Shown: piece after piece, positions 47,441 through 57,029 of the stretch | Layout: each line of letters opens with the position of its first letter | How positions within the stretch are numbered: the stretch's first letter is position 1 | DNA from: Candidatus Hydrogenedentota bacterium | Lineage (GTDB): Bacteria; Hydrogenedentota; Hydrogenedentia; Hydrogenedentales; SLHB01 | NCBI GenBank assembly: GCA_045863295.1 | Contig: BTWA01000003.1 | Span: 225,888-289,887 of the forward strand | Reading direction: 5' to 3' | Length of the DNA stretch: 64,000 bases | The notes under the pieces: model-generated | Seen by the model: only the letters and a program-made list of their open reading frames with translations | What the model was told of the DNA's origin: nothing | The model's database searches: none | Position numbers and translations under genes: made by a program

Positions 47441-50400
47441 ATGACCAACAGCGAATCGATATCGGCGGCACCCGTAGCCGCGCGCGCGGGTAGTCCGCTA
47501 TGGCCGCAGGTAAAAGCGTTGGTGTGGGAAGAAATTCGCACGGGCGGCGCGATTGCCGCGGCGTGTCTGGCGGTTGGGCTGGTATGCCTGATCGAATGCA
47601 AGCTGGTATTGGATGGCGAAATTTGGCTTCGCGATACCGCGGTTATATTGATGATTATCGCGGGAGTGCCCGTGGTAACCGCGCTGCTCTTGATCCTGCG
47701 CACGGATTATTCGGGCCATATGGTTGGCGGGTATTCGGAGCGCGTCATGCGCTTGCCGGTTCCCTTGCTGGTTTTGTCGGGCGTGCCGCTTGTGGTGCGA
47801 ACGCTCAATGTGTTGGTGTGCAGCGCGGCGCTTTTGTTCACATGCCATGCGCTCCTGAATAACGGGCCCGGTCTTTCGTTGACCGCGCTCGTCGTTGCCT
47901 TGTACCTGTGCATACAAACGCTGGACTGGCTGCGCGCGCCGTTGTCGGGGCTATCCAGCCTGTTGCTCGCGGCACTGGGCATGGGATTGGTTCTGTTATT
48001 CCTGAACACGAATATAGTAGCCGAGTTTCTGACTTCGTTCTCGCAATGGAGCAGTCCCGCGCTGGCCGGCCTGTTGGTAACGGCTATGCTTGCTTCATTC
48101 GTCGTATCCACCGCCGCTGTATTCGCATCACGCGCAGGCCGCTCCTTCGGCGTGCCCGAGATGTGGCATTGGCCGCAATACATTTCCTATGCGCGCAAGC
48201 CCCGTTCGGTTCCGTTCAAATCTCCCCTTTCCGCCCAAGTGTGGCACGACCTCCAACACTCCATGTGGACCCTTCCCGGCGTGACCTTGCTCATTTGGGT
48301 GCTTCTCGGCGGAAGCATCATGGTCACAAAACTGACCCAACCCGGCCCCGGGTTTAGGGAGTTGGACGCATACACCCAGTATATGAATCTGCTTGGGGCG
48401 CTGTTGCTGCCTTCATTCTTGCTGGGCGCCTGCGTGCACGGTATTTCCACCCGTGTGCGAGGATTCCGGGCTTCGGCACAGGCGTTCCCGAGCTACTTCA
48501 TGAATCCGCTTACCAGCAGCGAGATGGCGCTCGCCCGCATGCTGGCCAACGCGGCGATACTCACGGCAACACTCGCGGCGCTGACCCTCATTCACTTTTT
48601 GCTGATGAGCGAAGGCTTGCTATTCGACGTACTGCCTGCCGCGTTTCGGCAAGGACACCTATCCTTTCGAGAGACGCTCTGGAGTTTGGGAAGCCGCGCG
48701 GTGCTGGCAGGACTGCTGGCGTGGCCCCTGATGGCCATCGGCACGCGGTTGGTGCTGCGACTGGGCGCGATCACGCTGGGCTCGGCTGTCCTTCTAACCA
48801 TCATGGTGGAATCGAATATACTTTCATCGCTCCTGGCAGGCGCGATTCTCGCGCTACTTCTTGCCGCCATCACTTCCAGAGAATTCGCGATTGCATGGCG
48901 ACGCAATCGGATTCCCGCGCGCATGGTTGCGCTGTGGACCGCGGTATGGTCGCTCACCGCATGGCTGCTGCTGTCGCAATTGAGGCACGGCGCAACAGCG
49001 GCTGAAAGTCCGCTGCTATTCTACCTGACGGCAATCGTAACGTGCGTGGGCGTCGCGTCGCTTGTACCGTTGCCCTACTTCGCGTTCGTTCAGGATATTC
49101 ACCATCGCCGTCACAGCGGGCGCCCGGATCAAGGCGCGGACCAGCACAAGTCCCTCATGGGAAACATCACGCCGTGGCGCAACCGTCTCGCGTGGTCGGC
49201 CCTCGCCGTCTTCTGCGTGTGGCTCGGCTGGCCGGGAACCCCGGGCTATGTGTCGTATCTGCACGGTAAAGGCTATCCCGCCTCGTTCGGCGAGTTGGAA
49301 AACCGATTGCCCGCCGGCAGCGAAAAGCAGGCCGATCCGTTTCGCGATGTGACCGCCGAACTATTTTATCTGCTCGCCCAGAGTTCCGATCGCCATTTTT
49401 CGGAGCCCGTGGGAATGCGCCCTGGAGAGCACAGACTCGGTGGTTTTCCTTACCAGGATTCGTACCAGTACGCGTTATCGGAATACAATCAATACCGGGA
49501 TGTACCCTTGCCGCCGTATGTGTGGGGCCCAATGGAGTACCACTGGAACAAGGTCACGTCAAAAATCCTTCCGGATATTCTGACGGTCTGTCGCGGCATT
49601 TTGGGACCCGCGCGATACGAAGTCTCCACGCTGACGCACACAGCACAATTCGATGCGTACCGGCGCTTGTCATACGAGTTGCAGCTCGATGCGTACTACC
49701 ATCTCGAAAAGCAAGACTCGGCTAAGGCCATTGAGGATACCCTTGCGCAGCTGGCCTTGGCGCTCTCCCTCGCGGGGAACCATTCGGTCGATGGACAGTG
49801 GCAACGCATGAAGATCTATGACGACGCGGTCAGCACCGCCGAGACCATCCTCATGCGTGCCATCCTGTCCGACGCAGATCTGCAGCGTCTGGGTAACGCG
49901 TTTGACCAGGCAGCCGCCGTGTGCGCGGATATGCGCATGCTTTCCATGGCCCAAGTGGGGGATTCGCTGGCGCTCCTGGGCACCGGTCAGGCCATGACGG
50001 CGGACGATTTCAAGAACATGAATGTTGGAACTCGATATGCGCTGCAGCCGGATGGGTTTGCGCTAATCTGGAATCTGTTGTTTCCCGTCTCAAACGAACG
50101 AATGTTCGCAATGGAGGGCTTGAGACTTGCGAAGTTGGATTCCCCCGGTCACACACCCGTGTGGAGTTCATATGTGCCGATGCGACGCCACAGGAATATC
50201 CAACTACTCGCCCCACGCGTTGAAAGCAGCTCTTCGAATGTGCACGCAAGACTCAATGTAGAGCACCCCCTGATATTGGTTCGCCTCCATTTGGCCCAGG
50301 TGGGCATTGCAGCCGAGCGGTATCGCCTGGACACCGGTGCGTTTCCGGATGAACCCGCGCAATTGGTGCCCAACTATCTCCCGAGACTGCCGGACGAACT

Positions 50401-50590
50401 GGCTTCGGAAAAAGTGAGGCACTTCGGATTTAAGGTCAGCGACGATGAGTGGTTCCGTGTGACGTGCGCGGTCCCCGATCTTGCACGCGCGTCGCAAAGC
50501 ACCAGACGCCCTGAGGATGTACTGGATTTCATCCCGTTCACCATCACGTCGGCCGAGCGAAGGGAGAAGCTGCAGGCCTCCCGCAGATAA
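47441..50590 (+). CDS. Large multi-pass membrane protein (putative ABC permease), paralog 2
   Basis: Colinear with 44242-47370 (LLILRTDYSGH, QTLDWLRAP, SPL.AQ.W, AWPLMAIGTRL, HRR.H, QHKS). Confidence 0.75.
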   Translation: MTNSESISAAPVAARAGSPLWPQVKALVWEEIRTGGAIAAACLAVGLVCLIECKLVLDGEIWLRDTAVILMIIAGVPVVTALLLILRTDYSGHMVGGYSERVMRLPVPLLVLSGVPLVVRTLNVLVCSAALLFTCHALLNNGPGLSLTALVVALYLCIQTLDWLRAPLSGLSSLLLAALGMGLVLLFLNTNIVAEFLTSFSQWSSPALAGLLVTAMLASFVVSTAAVFASRAGRSFGVPEMWHWPQYISYARKPRSVPFKSPLSAQVWHDLQHSMWTLPGVTLLIWVLLGGSIMVTKLTQPGPGFRELDAYTQYMNLLGALLLPSFLLGACVHGISTRVRGFRASAQAFPSYFMNPLTSSEMALARMLANAAILTATLAALTLIHFLLMSEGLLFDVLPAAFRQGHLSFRETLWSLGSRAVLAGLLAWPLMAIGTRLVLRLGAITLGSAVLLTIMVESNILSSLLAGAILALLLAAITSREFAIAWRRNRIPARMVALWTAVWSLTAWLLLSQLRHGATAAESPLLFYLTAIVTCVGVASLVPLPYFAFVQDIHHRRHSGRPDQGADQHKSLMGNITPWRNRLAWSALAVFCVWLGWPGTPGYVSYLHGKGYPASFGELENRLPAGSEKQADPFRDVTAELFYLLAQSSDRHFSEPVGMRPGEHRLGGFPYQDSYQYALSEYNQYRDVPLPPYVWGPMEYHWNKVTSKILPDILTVCRGILGPARYEVSTLTHTAQFDAYRRLSYELQLDAYYHLEKQDSAKAIEDTLAQLALALSLAGNHSVDGQWQRMKIYDDAVSTAETILMRAILSDADLQRLGNAFDQAAAVCADMRMLSMAQVGDSLALLGTGQAMTADDFKNMNVGTRYALQPDGFALIWNLLFPVSNERMFAMEGLRLAKLDSPGHTPVWSSYVPMRRHRNIQLLAPRVESSSSNVHARLNVEHPLILVRLHLAQVGIAAERYRLDTGAFPDEPAQLVPNYLPRLPDELASEKVRHFGFKVSDDEWFRVTCAVPDLARASQSTRRPEDVLDFIPFTITSAERREKLQASRR

Positions 50591-50699
50591 TCAAGCAGGT
50601 AGGTAAAGGCAAGTCTCAACAACGAGAGTTGAGTCTTTCTTGTGGGACTATCTTTCAAGAGGCGAAAACAGCCGGCGACTGCGGTTTGCCACCCCGTAT

Positions 50700-50729
50700 T
50701 TGACTTCCCCGGCCCTCAGTTTCTATACT
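50700..50729 (+). promoter_or_regulatory. sigma70 promoter of tRNA-Ala
   Basis: TTGACT-18 nt-TATACT. Confidence 0.65.
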
Positions 50730-50742
50730 TCCCGTTCCCAGT

Positions 50743-50818
50743 GGGGGTGTAGCTCAGATGGGAGAGCGCATGACTGGCAGTCATGAGGTCAGGGGTTCGA
50801 TCCCCCTCACCTCCACCA
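50743..50818 (+). tRNA. tRNA-Ala, anticodon GGC
   Basis: 76 nt cloverleaf, G3:U70, anticodon stem CATGA/TCATG with loop CT-GGC-AG, GTTCGA, encoded CCA. Confidence 0.97.
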
Positions 50819-51101
50819 CTTTTTCTTCTGGCCTCAGGCGATAGACGACAAGCCTCAGAACGCCTCGTCTCGTTCTTCGATTTCTATTGGGAAACGCGCT
50901 CCCGAATTGCTCCCCTTAAAACTGCTATATAAAACCACATCCATTCCCATGAAACCACTTTGCGTCAGTCCCGTTTTCATTCGCACGTGTTCTCGGCCAT
51001 TCGAGGTTCTGTATTCGCCCTTCTCGCCCCGATTCGCGTCACTCCCCTGCCTCCTGCTACACTCTCGCCCTGTGTACTTTCTGAGGTAAGGAAACTGCCC
51101 A

Positions 51102-52397
51102 GTGGCCATTGCTGAAGCCGCCTTGTACTACAAACAGACGGTCCGGGAATTGTCGGACCGCATCGTAAACGCGCAGAAGCCCATTCGAATTCTCGATGCG
51201 ATCAAATGGGATGCAAGCGTGCAGGAGGCGTTTTTTGCCAGCGGGTGCAAGGAACAGCCGCCCGTGGATCGCACGTATTACGATTCGCGCCCCCTCTCGT
51301 TCAATCCTGCCACGAAGCGCAAGGAATTCTACGACATCGATCGCGAGATCGTGCGTAAATTGGGCCAGTACAACCCGGTCGGCCAGATTATGTGCCGCAT
51401 CTGCCGGGAGTACCGAATGGTCGTGCGCTTGCTGGAAGCGCGCGGCACCCAGGAATTCGCAAATATCTCCGCCGAATTGTACGGATCCGCCGCGGACGCG
51501 TTTCATGCGGGCGATCCGACGCTGGCCGATCTCGGCGTGATGATGTCGGACAACCTGCAAAACATCGATCGCAGCCTGTTCCTGGAGAGCGAAGAAAAGA
51601 CGATTACCAGCGATCAGGCGGTGGACGTATTGCAGAAACGGCTCGACGCCGCGTTTCCCGAGGCGCCCGGCGCGATTCGCGTGCTCATCAGCGACGGCAT
51701 TGTCGCCGATGCGGCCGCCGGTTCCGATTACGTGAAGATCCGCAAGGAAGCGAAGTTCTCCGAGCGCGATCTAAAGATGCTGGAGATTCATGAAGGCTGG
51801 GTGCACGTGGGAACAACGCTGAATGGACAAGCCCAGCCTATCTGCACATTCTTGAGCAAAGGACCTCCGTCAGCAACCATTACGCAAGAGGGCCTCGCGC
51901 TGTTCATGGAGATCATCACGTTCACGTCGCATCCCCAACGGTTGCGCCGAGTGACGAACCGCATACGCGCGGTGCATCTGGCGGAACAAGGCGCCACCTT
52001 CCGGGACGTGTTTCAGTATTTCCGCGAGCAGGGATTTTCGGATGTGGACAGCTATCAGAACGCGTCACGCGTATTTCGCGGAAGCACTCCGACCGGCGGA
52101 CCCTTTACCAAGGACCTCTCGTACAGCAAGGGATTCGTGCTTGTCTACAACTTCATTTGCCTTGCCGTAAAAAAAGGAAAGCTGAACCGGATTCCCCTGT
52201 TGTTCTGCGGCAAGACCACATTGGACGACATGCGCACGCTGGCAACGCTGGTGGAGGAAGGCGTGGTTATCGCGCCGAAGTTTCTGCCGCCGCAATTCGC
52301 TGACCTGAATGCCATGTCCGCCTGGATGTGCTATTCGAATTTCCTGAACCGCCTGAATCTCGCGCGCATCGAAGCGGACTATTCGAATATCCTGTGA
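51102..52397 (+). CDS. QEGLA-motif (DUF1704, MATCAP-like) metallopeptidase family protein
   Basis: HEGWVH (HExxxH), TQEGLA, RVFRG, FTKDLSY; GTG start. Confidence 0.88.
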   Translation: MAIAEAALYYKQTVRELSDRIVNAQKPIRILDAIKWDASVQEAFFASGCKEQPPVDRTYYDSRPLSFNPATKRKEFYDIDREIVRKLGQYNPVGQIMCRICREYRMVVRLLEARGTQEFANISAELYGSAADAFHAGDPTLADLGVMMSDNLQNIDRSLFLESEEKTITSDQAVDVLQKRLDAAFPEAPGAIRVLISDGIVADAAAGSDYVKIRKEAKFSERDLKMLEIHEGWVHVGTTLNGQAQPICTFLSKGPPSATITQEGLALFMEIITFTSHPQRLRRVTNRIRAVHLAEQGATFRDVFQYFREQGFSDVDSYQNASRVFRGSTPTGGPFTKDLSYSKGFVLVYNFICLAVKKGKLNRIPLLFCGKTTLDDMRTLATLVEEGVVIAPKFLPPQFADLNAMSAWMCYSNFLNRLNLARIEADYSNIL

Positions 52398-52405
52398 GGA
52401 CGTGA

Positions 52406-53524
52406 CTACCGGGTGGCAGTCTCGGAGAGAGAAGCCCGCGCGGCACACGACTCGAAGGTCTCGATGATTCCCCCGGCTAACACGTGACCATCTTTGTCAT
52501 AAAGCACAGCCCACTGACCCGGCGTCACCGATCGCTCCGGCTCGTGAAAGTCCACTCGAAAACCGTCGTCACACGGCGAAACCGTGGCCCCCGCTGGATT
52601 GTGGTGCGCGCGCAATTGAACCAAACAGTCAAACGGACCACTCCCGGGTGAGTTTCCACTCCAGGTGACTTCACACGCGGACAAGGATCGGCAATACGTC
52701 TCCTCTTCAAACCCCACAACCAGCGCATTGCGGTCCACATCGATGCGAACGACATAGAGCGGACGCTCCGCCGCGAGATCAATGCCGCGCCGCTGGCCAA
52801 TGGTGTAATACATGAGCCCCTTGTGCGTCCCCAGTACTTCGCCCAACGTGGTGACAATCGGCCCGGGCTTTGGCGCCCCAAGACGAGACACCAGAAAATT
52901 GCGGTAGTTGTCATCGGGCACGAAACAGATTTCCTGGCTCTCGGGCTTGTCCGCCGTCACGAGTCCAAGGTCGCGAGCAATCTCGCGGACCGCGGACTTG
53001 TCGTGTTCGCCGACGGGAAACAACGCACGCCGCAACTGATCCTGGCCAAGACCCGCCAGGGTATAGCTTTGATCTTTGCGCGTGTCGAGTCCGCGCCTCA
53101 GCGCCACGCGCCCGTTGATCTCCGCGCGGCGTACATAATGGCCGGTCGCGATGTAGTCAGCCTCGACCGCCATTGCCTTCTCGTAGAGCGCCCCGAACTT
53201 CACACGCTGGTTGCAGCGCGAACAAGGATTCGGCGTGCGGCCCGCCTGATACTCTCGAATGAAATCGGAAATGACTTCCCGCTCAAACCGATCAATGTAA
53301 TTCACCACATAGTGCGGAATGCCCAGCGTGTCGCACACCCGCCGTGCGTCCTGAGCGGCATCCAGCGTGCAACACGCCTTATCCGACGATTCGCGCCCCT
53401 CGCCGCTGGCCACGCGCATCGTCATGCCGACACAGTCATACCCGGCCTTGACCAGCAATGCCGCGGCCACGGAACTATCGACGCCGCCACTCATGGCGAC
53501 TATGACTCGATTGGAAGCAGTCAT
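52406..53524 (-). CDS. mnmA: tRNA-specific 2-thiouridylase (CxxC type)
   Basis: AMSGGVDSS, TPNPCSRCN, ATGHY, KDQSY, SQEICF, YTIGQRRG, TPGQ. Confidence 0.96.
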   Translation of the reverse strand: MTASNRVIVAMSGGVDSSVAAALLVKAGYDCVGMTMRVASGEGRESSDKACCTLDAAQDARRVCDTLGIPHYVVNYIDRFEREVISDFIREYQAGRTPNPCSRCNQRVKFGALYEKAMAVEADYIATGHYVRRAEINGRVALRRGLDTRKDQSYTLAGLGQDQLRRALFPVGEHDKSAVREIARDLGLVTADKPESQEICFVPDDNYRNFLVSRLGAPKPGPIVTTLGEVLGTHKGLMYYTIGQRRGIDLAAERPLYVVRIDVDRNALVVGFEEETYCRSLSACEVTWSGNSPGSGPFDCLVQLRAHHNPAGATVSPCDDGFRVDFHEPERSVTPGQWAVLYDKDGHVLAGGIIETFESCAARASLSETATR

Positions 53525-53730
53525 GGGTTGTTTCAGTATCAGTTTTGGTAATGGGCTGGGCACGGACGGCGCCACACCGTACAGGAAGGTTCCCGGAATC
53601 CGACCGATGGCCATTACCGCCCAGTCGCGGCAATGGATCCAAACCTGAGAAAAGTATACACGAATCCGGCGAAAAATATCACGCCCGGCGCGAACCGATC
53701 CGCGCCGGGCGTGTCATGTCGTACCGATAA

Positions 53731-54189
53731 TCAGCTATTGCCTTGGGGCGGCACCGTGCCCGAAACAGGCCGAACCGAGGGGCGTTGCGCTTCGCCATCT
53801 CCATCCGGAATGGCGGACGTGCCCGGCACCTGTCCTGGCGGCTTCATGGTGCACTTGCCTTCGAACAGCACCCCTTCCGCAATGCTCACCCGGGGAGCGA
53901 TAATGTCTCCAACCAGCTTGCCTTGCGTGGTAATTTCCAAGCGGTCGTGGGCGTACACGTTGCCTTCGACTTCGCCGCTGATCACAATCTGACCCGCAAC
54001 CAAATCCGCCTTCACGCGGCCGGTTTCCTGGACCACAATGGTATCGTCGCTGTGCATCCGGCCCGAGAATACGCCTTCAATGCGTACCGTGCCTTTCGAC
54101 TTCAATTCGCCGACGACCGTTGTGCCCTGACCGATAATGGTAACAACTTTGGTATCGCTGTATACGCGTTTCTTGCTGCTGTCCAGCAC
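53731..54189 (-). CDS. Bactofilin (polymer-forming cytoskeletal protein)
   Basis: TIIGQGTTVVGEL, VRIEG, ISGEVEGNV, GDIIAPRVSIAEGVLFEG. Confidence 0.93.
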   Translation of the reverse strand: MLDSSKKRVYSDTKVVTIIGQGTTVVGELKSKGTVRIEGVFSGRMHSDDTIVVQETGRVKADLVAGQIVISGEVEGNVYAHDRLEITTQGKLVGDIIAPRVSIAEGVLFEGKCTMKPPGQVPGTSAIPDGDGEAQRPSVRPVSGTVPPQGNS

Positions 54190-54195
54190 GTGAAT

Positions 54196-55227
54196 TCAAT
54201 TCCCCAAGTATTTTTCTGGATCGACCTGACGCCCGTTCTTCCGGACTTCATAGTGTACGTGATTGCCCGTGCTGCGTCCAGTGCTGCCTACTTCGCCCAA
54301 CACATCGCCGCGCGATACCTCCGTGCCCTCGGAAACCAGAATCTTGCGCATGTGCCCGTACACGGTCTCCAAGCCGTTGCCGTGATCCACGCGAACCATG
54401 TTTCCGAGATAGCCGTCCCAACCGGCCTCCACCACTTTGCCCTTGCCGGTCGAATGAATCTTGGTGCCTGCCGGAGCACGAATGTCCATGCCATCGTGAT
54501 GCCGCAGCCGCCGCGAAAACGGATCCTGCCGATAGCCAAACCGCGAACTGACCTGTCCATACCGGCGGGACAACGGCCATTCCGCCGGCATGCGTTCCAC
54601 TTGATCCGATCGGGCCGACAAACCATCAAGCAAATCGGTATAGCTCGCGATGCGCAGCGATATCTCTTCCTTGATCAGATCGGCGGAGGGGCGCGACAGA
54701 CCGTAAATGATTTGAGGAGGCGCGATTAGTTCCAGCTCGTCGCTGGTGGCCGAAATCAGTTCGCTGCCGGGGGAACCGCCCTGCCCACCGGTATCCAATC
54801 CGTTGGGAGATCCCACAAATGTCCGCGGCGCTGTGCTTCGGGGAGGGAGTTTCGCATCGTTTCTGAGGCGCTTTTCAAGGTCGTATAACTCGCCCAGTTC
54901 CGCCGTTATCTTGGAAAGACGCTCTTCATATTCCTTCCGGACTTCGGCTTCGATGACCGTACGGGCATTTTCAGGAAGGGAGGCGTCGCTCGCAGGCTGG
55001 CTTTCCGGAGCCGCTTGCGCACCGATGGCCAGCTTCTGACGACGTTGCTCTTGTTGGAGTTCTGTAACGTTCTCGCTTGCTGAACGGTACAATTGCAAGC
55101 TGAATGTGGTTGAAAACGATAAGACGACAAATGCCCCCACGACAACCCACATGTGATAGGCGGACAGATTCAGACTACGAGTCGTCCCCTGACCGTGGGG
55201 GATAAGCATCACGGTCCAATGCTTCAT
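54196..55227 (-). CDS. M23 family peptidase with N-terminal TM and coiled coil
   Basis: WTVMLIPH, SSRFGYRQDPF, HDGMD, YGHM, GSTGRSTGNHVHYEV. Confidence 0.93.
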   Translation of the reverse strand: MKHWTVMLIPHGQGTTRSLNLSAYHMWVVVGAFVVLSFSTTFSLQLYRSASENVTELQQEQRRQKLAIGAQAAPESQPASDASLPENARTVIEAEVRKEYEERLSKITAELGELYDLEKRLRNDAKLPPRSTAPRTFVGSPNGLDTGGQGGSPGSELISATSDELELIAPPQIIYGLSRPSADLIKEEISLRIASYTDLLDGLSARSDQVERMPAEWPLSRRYGQVSSRFGYRQDPFSRRLRHHDGMDIRAPAGTKIHSTGKGKVVEAGWDGYLGNMVRVDHGNGLETVYGHMRKILVSEGTEVSRGDVLGEVGSTGRSTGNHVHYEVRKNGRQVDPEKYLGN

Positions 55228-55533
55228 GCAGTTCGCACTCCGACTTTACCGAGCTTCGGATTGCTAGACACAGGAGGGTAAGAGCCCACACACTCCCTCC
55301 AACTCAGCGTACAACAATCTCGCTGTGAAATCCCTGCGCCTCGAAGAAAGTTCCCCCTCTACGAGACCGCCGAAGTATAGCATGGAGTGCCGGACAAGTC
55401 AACCAATTCCAGCACGCCAAACTGCGAATATCGCGCAATATGTAGATGCGCGAATTTCAATTATTACTACCCATTGGGGTCTCGAAGCCCCACGCCTCGC
55501 CCAGTCCTACATGCGCCAAAATCGCCCCGCACG

Positions 55534-56097
55534 TCAACGCGAACGCTTCTTGAACCCCGTCACAAACAACTCGATAAAGTCCTCGGGACGCTTCTCCGGA
55601 TACTTCTTCCGATTAAAAACCTTGACGAGATCCCGGTAGTCCTTCTGATGTTTGGAATCTTCGAGGTAGAGTTCGTACAACGGCTGCGTGGGCACCTTGC
55701 CGTCCAGATACCGCGGACAGCCTACATCGTCGTGCAGCGAGAACCCCTTGAACTCGCCATCGCGCGTCTCTTCCAGCCGGAACGGATACAGGCGGCAAAG
55801 AATCGGACGTGACTCATATATGCCGCAATACCGGGTCTTTTTATCGAGAAAATGGCAACCGCGCTTGTCACGCCGAAGGGCCATGATATACCGGTCGCCG
55901 TCAACGTCAAGCCACGTGGGATCGTCGTCCTCCACCTCCTCGATTTCGTCCGTCGCGAGGAACTCCAGAAACTCGTACGGATCCTGCTTGGTATTCTTGA
56001 CGATGCGTACAACGTCCCACGGAGTGGGCAGGCATACGACTTCTGTACAACAGTGATTACAGTGATGGCAACTGAATTGAACGTGGTATCGGCCCAT
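55534..56097 (-). CDS. YkgJ-family CxxCxxCC protein
   Basis: FSCHHCNHCC, CHFL, CGIYESRPILCRLYPF, GCP. Confidence 0.9.
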   Translation of the reverse strand: MGRYHVQFSCHHCNHCCTEVVCLPTPWDVVRIVKNTKQDPYEFLEFLATDEIEEVEDDDPTWLDVDGDRYIMALRRDKRGCHFLDKKTRYCGIYESRPILCRLYPFRLEETRDGEFKGFSLHDDVGCPRYLDGKVPTQPLYELYLEDSKHQKDYRDLVKVFNRKKYPEKRPEDFIELFVTGFKKRSR

Positions 56098-56596
56098 GGT
56101 GTCCTTGCTCAGTTCGGAGTACGGTGAAGGGACGCATCCTGAAGCCGCCCGGCCTACACCCGGGCGAGGATTGCCGCATCAAAGTACCGGTTTTCACAGG
56201 TGAACGCAAGCGGCATCTTTCGGGCCGCGCCGCGGTCAATTTGTACGTCAGCGGGAAAAAATTGCTTAATATCACGCAATTAGGGTACAAACAAGGAATG
56301 CTGCGCCTTCGGACCGGATTGTGAACGGGATTCCCTCGCAATCACAATCGGTACCGGGCTGGTGGAACCGGAACACGGATCAGTCGGTCTAGAATCCGGT
56401 TCAAGGCCGGCTTGCTACTCCTGCGCCACGTGCGGAGGACAGGGCAAACCGGCCCATGGTGTCGTGATTCGGCGCGAAACACGCCGAATTCCAGCCTAGA
56501 ATTCACGTTGTCGCCGTGCTATACTTCGTTGCTCCGCTTGAAGATGCACGGCGGGGAGCAGTATGTCCAACACACTAAGCGAGAGGAGGTGAAGGA

Positions 56597-56836
56597 ATGG
56601 CGGATTTGAAACAAGTGGAAGATATGGTCCGCAAGATCATTGTCGAAAAACTCGATCGCAAAGCCGAGGAAGTCACCATGGAAGCCAAGTTCATTGAAGA
56701 CCTTGGCGCAGACTCCCTGGATGTCACGGAACTCCTTATGGCGCTTGAGGAAGAGTACAATATCGACATCGACGACGAAGCGAACGAAATCCAGACGGTT
56801 GGGGATGCCGTTCGTTACATCGCGGGCAAGCTTTGA
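56597..56836 (+). CDS. acpP: Acyl carrier protein
   Basis: [22 protein letters not shown]. Confidence 0.97.
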   Translation: MADLKQVEDMVRKIIVEKLDRKAEEVTMEAKFIEDLGADSLDVTELLMALEEEYNIDIDDEANEIQTVGDAVRYIAGKL

Positions 56837-57029
56837 TTTAAATCAGCAATTGCGCTCCCCAGGGAGTGCTTTCGCATATACGTATGCCGATTCAACGCCC
56901 AGCCCATTCTGGTAACGAACCAGGGGGCTGGGTGTTCAGTAATCGTTGCAGGCGTTTTCAATTCAAAGAGTTAGCGTGCCGTGTTGACGCGCGGATTCCA
57001 TGCACACTGCCAACACGAAAAAGGGCGCC

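Noticed and set aside
50590..51100. tRNA-Ala as integration site of an island
   Set aside because: No integrase and no duplicated tRNA 3' end seen in the window
56124..56324. 66-aa ORF upstream of acpP
   Set aside because: No SD or recognisable motif; lies in a divergent promoter region
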